Shown here: positions 1 to 7,625 of the stretch, one piece after another
How the letters are laid out: each line of letters starts with the position of its first letter
How positions within the stretch are numbered: the first letter of the stretch is position 1
Source: Actinomycetes bacterium
GTDB lineage: Bacteria; Actinomycetota; Actinomycetes; JAKEEW01
Direction: 5' to 3'
DNA length: 37,033 nt
Assembly (NCBI GenBank): GCA_036257435.1
Contig: DATAFN010000233.1
Location: 1 to 37,033, forward strand
The notes under the pieces: generated by a model
The model's database searches: none
What the model saw: the letters and a program-made list of their open reading frames with translations, nothing else
Told to the model about the DNA's origin: nothing
Made by a program: the position numbers and the translations under genes

Positions 1-542
1 CGGTCCTCCACCACCTCGTCCGGCGGGAGCCCACCGGCGGATCGGCCGAGATCCATCGATCCGCGGCACGGGTGGAACCGAAGGCCGATCCGCGCCGCCG
101 ACTCGATCTCGGCGCCGAGCAGATCACCGGTTCCGCGCGGGAAGACATAGTGGTGATCAGTGGTGGTGGTGCAACCGGCCAGCGCGAGCCAACCGAGCGC
201 AGCCGCGGCCGATGCCGCCACCACCTCGTCGTCGATCCTGGCCCAGATCGGATACAGCTCAGTCAGCCACTCGAACAGCGTGCTCTCCTGGGCCAGCCCG
301 CGGGTCGCCCACTGGTAGAGGTGGTGGTGGGTGTTAACCAGGCCAGGAGTAGCCAGGCAGCCACTGCCGTCCACGTACCGTTCGGCCGCCCGGTCCCGCG
401 GCGCGTCACCCGGGCCGAGCGCGACGATCCGGTCCCCCTCGATGATCACGTGCCCGGACGTGAACTCGGTCTCGGCCGCGTCCACGGTGGCGATCGCGCA
501 GCCCTCGATCACCATGCGGGGAGTGTGAGCCTCGGCGGTCAC
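1..542 (-). CDS. Amidohydrolase-superfamily deaminase, 8-oxoguanine deaminase-like (N-terminal part only; gene runs off the left window edge)
   Basis: Absent from the ORF track because the window edge truncates it. Hand translation of the minus strand gives VTAEAHTPRMVIEGCAIATVDAAETEF..GCLATPGLVNTHHHLYQWATRGLAQ..TTTTDHHYVFPRG... The GLVNTHHHxYQ HxH metal strand is typical of guanine/8-oxoguanine deaminase-type amidohydrolases. GTG at 542 overlaps the upstream TGA (GTGA) and is preceded by GGAGGGAGGA. ATG at 515 is an alternative start. Confidence 0.7.
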   Translation of the reverse strand, partial: MTAEAHTPRMVIEGCAIATVDAAETEFTSGHVIIEGDRIVALGPGDAPRDRAAERYVDGSGCLATPGLVNTHHHLYQWATRGLAQESTLFEWLTELYPIWARIDDEVVAASAAAALGWLALAGCTTTTDHHYVFPRGTGDLLGAEIESAARIGLRFHPCRGSMDLGRSAGGLPPDEVVED

Positions 543-1012
543 CCGGATTCCTCCCTCCGGCCGGCGGCGAGCCGAACCGCGTCGAGGATTTTCTCGTACC
601 CGGTACATCGGCACAGATTGCCGGCCAGCGCCTCCCTGACTTCGGCGTCGGACGGCCGTGGGGTACGCGCCAGCAGATCGTGGGTAGCCACGATCAGGCC
701 GGGCGTGCAGAACCCGCATTGCACCGCGCCGGTCTCCAGGTACGCCTGCTGGACCGGATCGAGCCGCTCGCCATCGGCCAGGCCCTCTACCGTCACCACC
801 TCGCGGCCGTCTGCCTGGCCGGCCGCGACCAGGCAGGCGCAGACTGGGATCCCGTCCAGGTAGACCGTGCACGATCCGCATTCGCCCTGCTCGCACGCGT
901 TCTTAGAGCCGGGTAAGCCCATCCGCTCGCGCAGCACGTAGAGCAGGCTCTCGCCCGGCCAGATGTCGTCGACGACCTGGGCCTCGCCGTTGATCCGGCA
1001 ACTCAGTCGCAT
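539..1012 (-). CDS. (2Fe-2S)-binding small subunit of a xanthine dehydrogenase/CO dehydrogenase-family molybdoenzyme
   Basis: 157 aa. It carries the plant-type ferredoxin cluster motif CEQGECGSCTV plus the second cluster motifs QCGFCTPG and CRCTGY, which are diagnostic of CoxS/XdhC-type small subunits. Confidence 0.9.
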   Translation of the reverse strand: MRLSCRINGEAQVVDDIWPGESLLYVLRERMGLPGSKNACEQGECGSCTVYLDGIPVCACLVAAGQADGREVVTVEGLADGERLDPVQQAYLETGAVQCGFCTPGLIVATHDLLARTPRPSDAEVREALAGNLCRCTGYEKILDAVRLAAGRREESG

Positions 1013-1016
1013 CGGC

Positions 1017-1880
1017 TCAGCTCCTCCGGACGTAGTCGGCCCAGGCCCAGCTCAGCGTTCGCCGGGCCAGCACGGACAGCGCCCGGCGACGGTACGCGGC
1101 CGTTCCCCGGACGTCGTCGATCGGGTCGGCCGCAGCCGCGACCAGATCGCCGAACCGGATCGCGAGTTCGGGGTCGAGCGGACCGCCAGGGTCGTCCCAG
1201 CGAAGCTCGGCGGCCGCCAGCTCCTGCGCCGCTTCGGCCCGGACCGGGGTGGGCGCGGCCGAGCCGATCCCGGTGCCAACCGTCTTTCGCTCCGCGTCCA
1301 GCGCGATCGCAAACGAGCAGACCGCGATCACCATCGCGTTGCGGGTGCCAACCTTGGCGAACTGCTCGGGACCGCGGGCCACCGGGATCCGGACCGCCGA
1401 GATCAGTTCGTCCGGCGCCAGCGCGTTGCGCTTGACCCCGGTGAAGAACTCCCCGATCGGGATCCGCCGGACCCCGGCTCGGGCCGACTCGACCTCGACG
1501 GTCGCATCGGCGGTGAGCAGCGGCGGGTGGGCATCACCGGCCGGCGAGGCCGAGCCGAGGTTGCCGCCGACGGTGCCGCGGTTACGAATCTGCGGCGAGC
1601 CGACCGTACGCGAGGCCATCGCCAAGCCGGGAAGCGCAGCTGCTAGCTCATCGATGATCCGGGAGTAGGACACCCCGGCGCCGAGCCTGATGTGACCGTC
1701 GTCCCGCCCCCAGGTTGCGAGTTCGGGCACCGCGGTGAGATCGAGCAACGCGGGCGGGCGGCGCTTGTCGAAGTTGAGCTCGACCATGATGTCGGTGCCA
1801 CCGGCGATCGGCACCGCGTCCGGATGCTCGGCCTTCGCGGCCAGCGCGTCCGGCCAGCTTGTCGGCTGCAGGAAGTCCAT
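1017..1880 (-). CDS. FAD-binding subunit (subunit M type) of a xanthine dehydrogenase-family enzyme
   Basis: 287 aa. The N-terminus reads PIAGGTDIMVELNF..., followed by TVGGNLGSASPAGD (FAD_binding_5/CO-dehydrogenase flavoprotein pattern). An SD (GGAGA) precedes the ATG. The gene lies 4 nt upstream of the 2Fe-2S subunit gene. Confidence 0.9.
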   Translation of the reverse strand: MDFLQPTSWPDALAAKAEHPDAVPIAGGTDIMVELNFDKRRPPALLDLTAVPELATWGRDDGHIRLGAGVSYSRIIDELAAALPGLAMASRTVGSPQIRNRGTVGGNLGSASPAGDAHPPLLTADATVEVESARAGVRRIPIGEFFTGVKRNALAPDELISAVRIPVARGPEQFAKVGTRNAMVIAVCSFAIALDAERKTVGTGIGSAAPTPVRAEAAQELAAAELRWDDPGGPLDPELAIRFGDLVAAAADPIDDVRGTAAYRRRALSVLARRTLSWAWADYVRRS

Positions 1881-1919
1881 GCGGTCTCCGTGACTACCAG
1901 GCTCGGTTACAGGTTTCGG

Positions 1920-2801
1920 CTACCAGGCCAGGTCCGAGTCGGGCACGCCCGCGCGGCGCACCGTGCCCTCGATGAGGCCGTACGGACGGTCCGAGGCGTA
2001 GAAGACCTCGTTCTCGTTGGTGAGCCCGAATGGCGCAAGGTCGACAGGGAAATGGTGCCGGTTGGGCAGCGCGAGGCGGATCTCTGCTATCTCGTCGCGC
2101 TGCTGGAGTGCCCGCTCGCCCATCGCGTACAGCGTCTGCTGAAGCGACAGGCTGTACGTCTGGGCAAAGGCCTCGAGCAGGTGGCGTCGGGTTTCGACGA
2201 ATGAGGTGTGCCAGTCCGGCTGCTGGTCGGACCGGTGCCGCCAGCGGGCCGACACCTCGGTGGCGAGCACTCGATCGGAAGTCTCTGGCAGCGTGGTGTA
2301 GCGGTCCTGGTGGAATCCGTGGAACTCCGAGCCGGTGGAGTTCAGCACCACCAGTCCGGAAATACCGGACACGACCAGGTCGGTGCCGCCCGCCGTCACG
2401 CTCACCTCGGCGGTACGGGTCTCCGGGCCGGTCCGCAGGAACGAATGGGGCGCCGGACCGCTGTCGACCGGGATCCGGTCCCAGCCGTATTCCTCGATCC
2501 GCACCTGGCAGAGCCGGGTCGGCTCGTGACTGTCGACGAAGTGCTTGGCCAGCCGCAGCCCGAACGCCTCGATCTCGCCGATCCCGTGCTCCTTGGCGAA
2601 GGCATACACGGTGTTCTTCTGCGTATCGGTGGGTAGCACGCCGGCGTTGTCACCGGTCAGGTGGGTCACGGCGAACTCGCCGGCGAGCGAGATGCTGACG
2701 TTGAGGTCCTTGAGCCGGTGCTGGCCGCCATCCCGGCTAACCGTGACAATCCGCACCTCAGCCTTGCCGTATCGATTCTCGCCCAGGACTACGTCGGCCA
2801 T
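1920..2801 (-). CDS. uox: Urate oxidase (factor-independent urate hydroxylase)
   Basis: 293 aa. MADVVLGENRYGKAEVRIV..VLPTDTQKNTVYAFAKEHG is the classic uricase N-terminal signature. It has the two-tunnelling-fold length. An SD (GGGGGAG) lies 6 nt before the ATG. Confidence 0.93.
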   Translation of the reverse strand: MADVVLGENRYGKAEVRIVTVSRDGGQHRLKDLNVSISLAGEFAVTHLTGDNAGVLPTDTQKNTVYAFAKEHGIGEIEAFGLRLAKHFVDSHEPTRLCQVRIEEYGWDRIPVDSGPAPHSFLRTGPETRTAEVSVTAGGTDLVVSGISGLVVLNSTGSEFHGFHQDRYTTLPETSDRVLATEVSARWRHRSDQQPDWHTSFVETRRHLLEAFAQTYSLSLQQTLYAMGERALQQRDEIAEIRLALPNRHHFPVDLAPFGLTNENEVFYASDRPYGLIEGTVRRAGVPDSDLAW

Positions 2802-2820
2802 CGTTGGCTCCCCCGCATGG

Positions 2821-3147
2821 CTAGCTCCCCCGATAGGTCGAGTAGGCGTACGGCGACAGCAGCAGCGGTACGTGGTAGTGCTCGGACGGGTCGCCGATCG
2901 CGAACGTTACCGCCACCTCGGGATAGAACGTACCAATCCCGCGCACGGCGAAGTAGGCGCCGGTACCGAAGATCAGCCGGTAGCTGCCCGGCTCGTCGGC
3001 TCCGGCATTGCCCCAGTCCCTGATCCGGCCGTCGGCATCGGTAGCCGCGCTCGCCAGTGTGCCGCCGTCCCCGCGCTCCAGCCGCACTGGAACGCCGATG
3101 GCGGGGCGGCCGGTGGTCGCGTCGAGCACATGCGTGGACAGGCTCAT
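2821..3147 (-). CDS. uraH: 5-hydroxyisourate hydrolase (transthyretin-like)
   Basis: The internal ATG at 3147 gives a 108-aa protein, [16 protein letters not shown]...HYHVPLLLSPYAYSTYRGS. The C-terminal YRGS tetrapeptide and the HVLD start are HIUase hallmarks. ATGA overlap with the uraD stop. The longer 192-aa track ORF is an out-of-family extension. Confidence 0.9.
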   Translation of the reverse strand: MSLSTHVLDATTGRPAIGVPVRLERGDGGTLASAATDADGRIRDWGNAGADEPGSYRLIFGTGAYFAVRGIGTFYPEVAVTFAIGDPSEHYHVPLLLSPYAYSTYRGS

Positions 3148-3689
3148 CCGCCCAGCATCCTCTCCAGGCGTAGCGCGGCAATCTTGGCGAGCTCGGTACG
3201 GATCACCGCGCGCTCGGTCGCCTCGTCGTTTCCGAGCCTGGCCTCGAGTTCGGCAAGCAACTGAGCGGCTGACAGACCGGTCGCGCAGATCAGGAACACC
3301 CGGTCGAACCGCTCCTCGTAGGCCCGGTTGCCGGCCGCCAGCGCAGCTGTGGTGTTCGCGTCGGCGTCGGCGGCACCGGATTGCTCCTGCCGGGACCACG
3401 CCGCCTCGCGGCTGTTGCCCGCGGCCCGCTCGCCGATCCGTGGGTGAGCGGCCAGCGCCTCGTCGACGTCAGCGTCGGTGAGTTCGGCGAACGCGGCGGC
3501 CGAGGCATCGAGGACGGCGTCAAGGTCTCGATACGGCCGGCCGTTCACAACCGCGCGAACCCAGGTCGCCGAAGCGCAACAAGCCCGCAGCTCGCGCTCG
3601 GCCGCCTCGGCCGGCAGCGCGTCGAACCGGTCCATGGTCGTACCAGAGTCGGCTGGCTGCGTGTTCGAGTTCGCCGGTGATGTCGTCAT
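3144..3689 (-). CDS. uraD: 2-oxo-4-hydroxy-4-carboxy-5-ureidoimidazoline (OHCU) decarboxylase
   Basis: 181 aa, with AAHPRIGE...SRQEQSG...[15 protein letters not shown] (OHCU decarboxylase core). A strong SD (GGAGGAA) lies 6 nt before the ATG at 3689. First gene of a uraD-uraH-uox run. Confidence 0.9.
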   Translation of the reverse strand: MTTSPANSNTQPADSGTTMDRFDALPAEAAERELRACCASATWVRAVVNGRPYRDLDAVLDASAAAFAELTDADVDEALAAHPRIGERAAGNSREAAWSRQEQSGAADADANTTAALAAGNRAYEERFDRVFLICATGLSAAQLLAELEARLGNDEATERAVIRTELAKIAALRLERMLGG

Positions 3690-3780
3690 TCGCAGTTCCT
3701 CCAGCGCTCATTCTGGACAACTGCCCGGATACGAGGCCAGCACCACCGCGGATCGTTTTCGCGAGGTGTACCGTTGGTGT

Positions 3781-3993
3781 ATGACACGCACAAACATCGA
3801 CATCGACGATGAGCTGATCGCCGAGGCGATGCGTAAGTACGGGCTAAAGACCAAGAAAGCGGCCGTTGATCTAGCGCTTCGGCGGCTGGTCGGCCCGCGC
3901 TTGACTCGTGAATTCCTCAAGGCACTGCGTGGGATCGGATGGGACGGAGACCTGGACTCCATGCGGTCGTCCACGGTCGAGGGAATCCCGTGA
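3781..3993 (+). CDS. vapB: Type II antitoxin, VapB family (DUF2191-like)
   Basis: 70 aa. [37 protein letters not shown]...[12 protein letters not shown] matches the common actinobacterial VapB layout. Its stop overlaps the toxin GTG (GTGA at 3990-3993). Confidence 0.8.
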   Translation: MTRTNIDIDDELIAEAMRKYGLKTKKAAVDLALRRLVGPRLTREFLKALRGIGWDGDLDSMRSSTVEGIP

Positions 3994-4397
3994 TCGTCTA
4001 CCTGATCGATTCGTCCGCGTGGATCGAGTATCTAAGGGACACGGGTTCGAAGGCTGCTACCGAGGTGGAGCGACTGATCGGTACCGACTCGGACATCGCC
4101 ACCACGGAGCCCATAGTGATGGAGCTCCTCGCCGGGGCCACCACGCCGAAGGCACTCACATTGGTCGATGCACTTACCAGTGGCTTGCCGTTGATCCGGG
4201 TGGATCCCTACACCGACTACCACCACGCCGCCGCGATCCGCCGAACGGCGCGATCCCAGGGCAAGACGATACGGAGCTTGCTTGACTGCGTTATCGCCGC
4301 GGTTGCGCTACGGACCGGCGCCACTATGGTGCACCGGAATGTCGACTTCGATGTCATCGCAGAATTCACCCCGCTAGATGTGGCGTCCCTGGGCTAG
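3990..4397 (+). CDS. vapC: Type II toxin, PIN-domain ribonuclease VapC
   Basis: Starting at GTG 3990, the protein reads [41 protein letters not shown]. The four acidic PIN positions are present in the expected order. About 135 aa. Confidence 0.85.
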   Translation: MIVYLIDSSAWIEYLRDTGSKAATEVERLIGTDSDIATTEPIVMELLAGATTPKALTLVDALTSGLPLIRVDPYTDYHHAAAIRRTARSQGKTIRSLLDCVIAAVALRTGATMVHRNVDFDVIAEFTPLDVASLG

Positions 4398-4412
4398 CAG
4401 GTTGGATCTTCC

Positions 4413-4432
4413 GGCCGTTCGAAGCGACGGCC
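4413..4432. terminator. Candidate bidirectional stem-loop between convergent vapC and alc
   Basis: GGCCGT-tcgaagcg-ACGGCC (6-bp stem, 8-nt loop). It lies in the 41-nt gap between the two convergent stop codons at 4397 and 4439. No U-tract. Confidence 0.3.
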
Positions 4433-4438
4433 TACGAG

Positions 4439-5443
4439 TTACCTCGCCGACAGTTCGTGCCAGCGCTCAGTCAGAAGCGCAAGCGCATCGTCGGTCAGCC
4501 GGCCGTAGGCGCGCAGCCGGGCCATGCCCCCGTCCGGGAAGACGTCCAGGCGCAGTTCGCTGGCAACTCGATCGGCCTCGACTACGAACCGGTGCCGGGT
4601 ATCCGGCAGCAGGCTGGTGCGCGGCAGCAGCTCGAACCAGTCGCCATCGTGACGGCCACGCACCGACGCCGCACCTGGTGCGTTGCCCTTGAAGTGCGTG
4701 GTGTCCAGCTCCAGTAACCGCACCACGCCGGCTCCGGCCAGCCGCACACTTACCCAGTCGTTGCCGTCGTCCCGTCGCCGCGCGGTCTCCCAGCCCTCAC
4801 CCATCACCCGCGCCAGGCCGGGCGCGATCAGGTTGTTCGGCGACGCGTAGTGCATGTTGCTGCACCCGGTGATCACCGCTCCGTTCTCCAGCGCTGCGAG
4901 GTCGACCGAGAGGTCGGCCCATGGCCGCGGGTCCGGTACCACCTCGCCATGCACCCGCAGCCGGGCGACCCCGCCGTCCGGGTAGATCGACAACCGGACA
5001 TGAGTGATCCGGCCCGGCTCCCCGACGTCGAACTCGTTCCTGCCGTCCCCGGACAGCTCCACCCGGGGCACCAGCGGCACCCAGTCGGCCCCGGCCGCGA
5101 CCTCCTCGGCCGGCGGGTAGCCGTCCACCGCGGCGCCATCGACCGCGGCGTACGGCGGGAAGTTGCCGGTGAAGAACGACGTGTCGATCACGACACCGCG
5201 CACCACGCCGGGCAACCCGAGCCGGACAAGCGCCCAGTCGTGTCCGGCGGTTCGACGGCGCCTGGTCTCCCATCCGTCGTAGATCTGCCCCTTATGCCCG
5301 AAGGTGGCGGGGTCGAAGGCTGCGGGCCCTGGCGTGATCAGGTTCTCCTTCTCGGCGAAGAACTCGTCGTTGGCAGCGATCACACTGCCGCCGTACGACC
5401 GCAGCGCCAAGTCGGGTAGCGATAGGTAGTCCGACCTGCTCAT
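4439..5443 (-). CDS. alc: Allantoicase (allantoate amidinohydrolase)
   Basis: The ATG at 5443 gives 334 aa, [43 protein letters not shown].. The protein has two allantoicase repeats; the second contains [12 protein letters not shown] overlap with the allB stop. The 551-aa track ORF is an upstream extension that overlaps allB. Confidence 0.9.
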   Translation of the reverse strand: MSRSDYLSLPDLALRSYGGSVIAANDEFFAEKENLITPGPAAFDPATFGHKGQIYDGWETRRRRTAGHDWALVRLGLPGVVRGVVIDTSFFTGNFPPYAAVDGAAVDGYPPAEEVAAGADWVPLVPRVELSGDGRNEFDVGEPGRITHVRLSIYPDGGVARLRVHGEVVPDPRPWADLSVDLAALENGAVITGCSNMHYASPNNLIAPGLARVMGEGWETARRRDDGNDWVSVRLAGAGVVRLLELDTTHFKGNAPGAASVRGRHDGDWFELLPRTSLLPDTRHRFVVEADRVASELRLDVFPDGGMARLRAYGRLTDDALALLTERWHELSAR

Positions 5444-6777
5444 GCCGCACCTCGCCGCAGCAGCGTGCCGTGCGGCGCGGCGCCGTCCACTTGCTCGCCG
5501 CGCAACCAGGTGGACCGGACGGTGCCGGCCACAGCCCGTCCGGCGTAGGGCGTGACCGGGTTGCGGTGGTGGAGTGTGGCCGCATCGACTACGTACGCCG
5601 CGTCCGGCGCGAAGACCACGAAGTCCGCGTCGTAACCGAGCGCGATCCGGCCTTTGCGAGCCAGCCCGGCCAGCTCGGCCGGGCGGCGGCACATCCACCG
5701 GGCCACGTCCGCCAGCCCGAAACCGCGTCGCCGCGCCTCGGTCCAGACCACGGACAGGCCAAGTTGGAGCGATGCGATCCCACCCCAGGCAACGCCGAAG
5801 TCGCCGATGTCGAACCGCTTCAGGTCCGGCGTGCACGGCGAATGATCCGACACCACGCAGTCGATGATCCCGTCGGCCAGGCCGCGCCAGAGCAGCTCCC
5901 GGTTCGCTGCCTCCCGGATCGGTGGGCAGCACTTGTACTGGGTCGCTCCGTCCGGGATCTCCTCGGCCGTCAGGGCGAGGTAGTGCGGGCAGGTCTCGAC
6001 GGTGATCCGGACTCCGTCTCGCCTGGCCGAGGCGATCATCGGCAGCGCGTCCGACGACGAGAGATGCAGGATGTGCACCCGGGCTCCGGTCCACCGCGCC
6101 AGCTCGATGACCTGAGCGATCGCGGTGTTCTCCGCGCCGCGCGGGCGGGAGGCGAGGAAGTCGCGATAGCGCTCACCGTGGCAGGTCGGCGCGTGGTCGA
6201 TCGCGGTCGAGTCCTCGGCATGCACGATCATTAGCGCGTCGAACCCGGTCAGCTCGCGCAGCGCCTGCTCCAGTTCGGGTGGACGAAGGTATGGGAACTC
6301 GTCCACACCGGAGTGCAGCAGGAAGCACTTGAAGCCGAACACGCCGGCGTCGTGCAGGCCGCGCAGGGCCGGCAGATTGCCGGGCACCGCGCCACCCCAG
6401 AACCCGACGTCCACCGCGCACTGACCGTCGGCGGCCTTGCGCTTCACGTCGAGCGCGGCCACGTCCACGGTCGGCGGGATGCTGTTGAGCGGCATGTCGA
6501 CGATCGTGGTCACGCCGCCCGCGGCGGCCGCCCTGGTCGCGGTCGAAAAGCCTTCCCACTCCGTCCGGCCGGGTTCGTTGATGTGCACATGCGTGTCGAC
6601 CAGGCCGGGTAGCAGCACGGCGTCGTCGCCGAGGGCCACCTCCCGGGCGCCGGCGAGCTCCTGCTCGTACGGCACGATCGCAGCGATCCGGCCGCCGGCG
6701 ACGCCGATCCGTCGGGGCACGATCCCGGCCGCGACGACCACCTTCGGCGCGCTGATCACCAGATCGAGCTCGGTCAC
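5440..6777 (-). CDS. allB: Allantoinase (cyclic amidohydrolase)
   Basis: Starting at GTG 6777, the protein reads [56 protein letters not shown]. This covers the full set of dihydropyrimidinase/allantoinase metal-ligand motifs. About 445 aa. Confidence 0.9.
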   Translation of the reverse strand: MTELDLVISAPKVVVAAGIVPRRIGVAGGRIAAIVPYEQELAGAREVALGDDAVLLPGLVDTHVHINEPGRTEWEGFSTATRAAAAGGVTTIVDMPLNSIPPTVDVAALDVKRKAADGQCAVDVGFWGGAVPGNLPALRGLHDAGVFGFKCFLLHSGVDEFPYLRPPELEQALRELTGFDALMIVHAEDSTAIDHAPTCHGERYRDFLASRPRGAENTAIAQVIELARWTGARVHILHLSSSDALPMIASARRDGVRITVETCPHYLALTAEEIPDGATQYKCCPPIREAANRELLWRGLADGIIDCVVSDHSPCTPDLKRFDIGDFGVAWGGIASLQLGLSVVWTEARRRGFGLADVARWMCRRPAELAGLARKGRIALGYDADFVVFAPDAAYVVDAATLHHRNPVTPYAGRAVAGTVRSTWLRGEQVDGAAPHGTLLRRGAA

Positions 6778-6779
6778 GC

Positions 6780-7187
6780 TCAACCTCCGCCCGGCCCGAT
6801 CAACCGAACCATGCAGCGAGGACCGTATGCCGTTGCGAGCCTCCCGTCCGCGGTTAGCAACATGCAATCGAGTGCCTCGGCAAGTGCGACGTACGTGCCG
6901 TCGTACGCGCTCAGGTTGTCGCGCAGCTGCCAGACCCGAGAGATCAGGCCAAGATGGGGATAGCGGGTGATCGCCACCTCGTCGTAGTCCGCGATTGCCT
7001 GCTCCGCCCGCTCCGCCGTCAGGGCCTTGCCGCGAATGAGTCCGCGCAACGCCGCCACTACCTCGACGTCAAGCAAGTAGGGGGCATGCAGGTCTCCGTC
7101 GGCCTCGAGGATCTCGCGGGCGAGCGCCCCATCACCGCCCTCGTCGACCAGAGCGGGAACCACTACCGACGCATCCGGAACGATCAC
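6780..7187 (-). CDS. vapC: Type II toxin, PIN-domain ribonuclease VapC (second, unrelated copy)
   Basis: 135 aa. (V)[42 protein letters not shown], with the PIN acidic residues in order. The GTG start overlaps the antitoxin TGA (GTGA at 7184-7187). The stop codon ends at 6780, 2 nt before the allB GTG at 6777. Confidence 0.85.
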   Translation of the reverse strand: MIVPDASVVVPALVDEGGDGALAREILEADGDLHAPYLLDVEVVAALRGLIRGKALTAERAEQAIADYDEVAITRYPHLGLISRVWQLRDNLSAYDGTYVALAEALDCMLLTADGRLATAYGPRCMVRLIGPGGG

Positions 7188-7429
7188 GAGGCACCGCCGG
7201 CGCGGATGCCACGTTCGTCCCGAATCGCGTCAAGCACGTCGCCAAAACTGACCCGACCGCCGCGCCTTCGTGCTCGGTCGAACACTTCGCGCAACGGCGG
7301 CCGCGCAACGACGCGCTTCAGCTCGTCGAGCACGAAGTCCGACAGCGACTTGCCCTCCGCGGCAGCCCGTGCGCGCAGCGCTTCGTGAACGTCATCAGGA
7401 ACGTTCCTGACCTGAAGCATCTTGCTCAT
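7184..7429 (-). CDS. vapB: Type II antitoxin, ribbon-helix-helix (FitA/VapB-like)
   Basis: ..MLQVRNVPDDVHEALRARAAAEGKSLSDFVLDELKRVV.. is a typical RHH N-terminal beta-strand followed by two helices. The start is ambiguous: in-frame ATGs occur at 7444, 7429 and 7420. Confidence 0.8.
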   Translation of the reverse strand: MSKMLQVRNVPDDVHEALRARAAAEGKSLSDFVLDELKRVVARPPLREVFDRARRRGGRVSFGDVLDAIRDERGIRAGGAS

Positions 7430-7440
7430 GCTTGACAGTA

Positions 7441-7478
7441 ACATGTGATCTACATGTCAGGCCATGCTACTCACATGT
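7441..7478. promoter_or_regulatory. Three ACATGT palindromic hexamers (candidate antitoxin operator/promoter region)
   Basis: ACATGT occurs at 7441-7446, 7452-7457 and 7473-7478. The centre-to-centre spacings of 11 and 21 bp are helically phased. The hexamers lie immediately upstream of, or overlapping, the possible vapB starts. Confidence 0.45.
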
Positions 7479-7515
7479 ACTAGGCGCCGGACATCGGACG
7501 TGTCGCGCCTGCTCG

Positions 7516-7570
7516 GTCGAGGATCCTCGACGCCGTCGGGGATTCCCGACCCAGGTCGGCCATCTCCGAC
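7516..7570 (-). terminator. Array of three consecutive GTCG...CGAC stem-loops (candidate terminator/insulator after the aceB-adjacent gene)
   Basis: GTCGAGgatcCTCGAC (7516-7531, a perfect 16-bp palindrome), GTCGGGgattCCCGAC (7535-7550) and GTCGGccatctCCGAC (7555-7570). They start 19 and 20 nt apart. They lie downstream of the stop at 7626 and upstream of the vapB promoter region. No U-tracts. Confidence 0.35.
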
Positions 7571-7625
7571 GAATCCAACTCCACTGCTGGGAGGGGGCGA
7601 GCCGGCCACCGATTGCAGCGGCGGA

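Noticed and set aside
72-863. A 263-aa plus-strand ORF (and the nested 331..528 and 680..916 ORFs) at the left edge.
   Set aside because: It lies antisense to two well-supported minus-strand genes, the amidohydrolase and the 2Fe-2S subunit. Its composition is Arg/Pro/Ser/Gly-rich and it has no motifs. It is a typical high-GC shadow ORF.
2821-3399. The 192-aa version of the hydroxyisourate hydrolase ORF.
   Set aside because: The extra N-terminal 84 aa overlap uraD out of frame and are Arg-rich nonsense. The internal ATG at 3147 gives the canonical about 108-aa HIUase and an ATGA junction with uraD.
4043-4053. The sequence gggttcgaagg resembles a tRNA T-arm (GGTTCGAAxCC).
   Set aside because: It lies inside the well-supported vapC coding frame. 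It has no matching acceptor, D or anticodon arms nearby, and the loop deviates from the T-loop consensus.
4439-6094. A 551-aa ORF that might suggest a fused or extended allantoicase.
   Set aside because: Residues upstream of MSRSDYLS overlap allB in another frame and are low-complexity Arg/Gly/Pro. A start at 5443 gives a normal two-repeat allantoicase.
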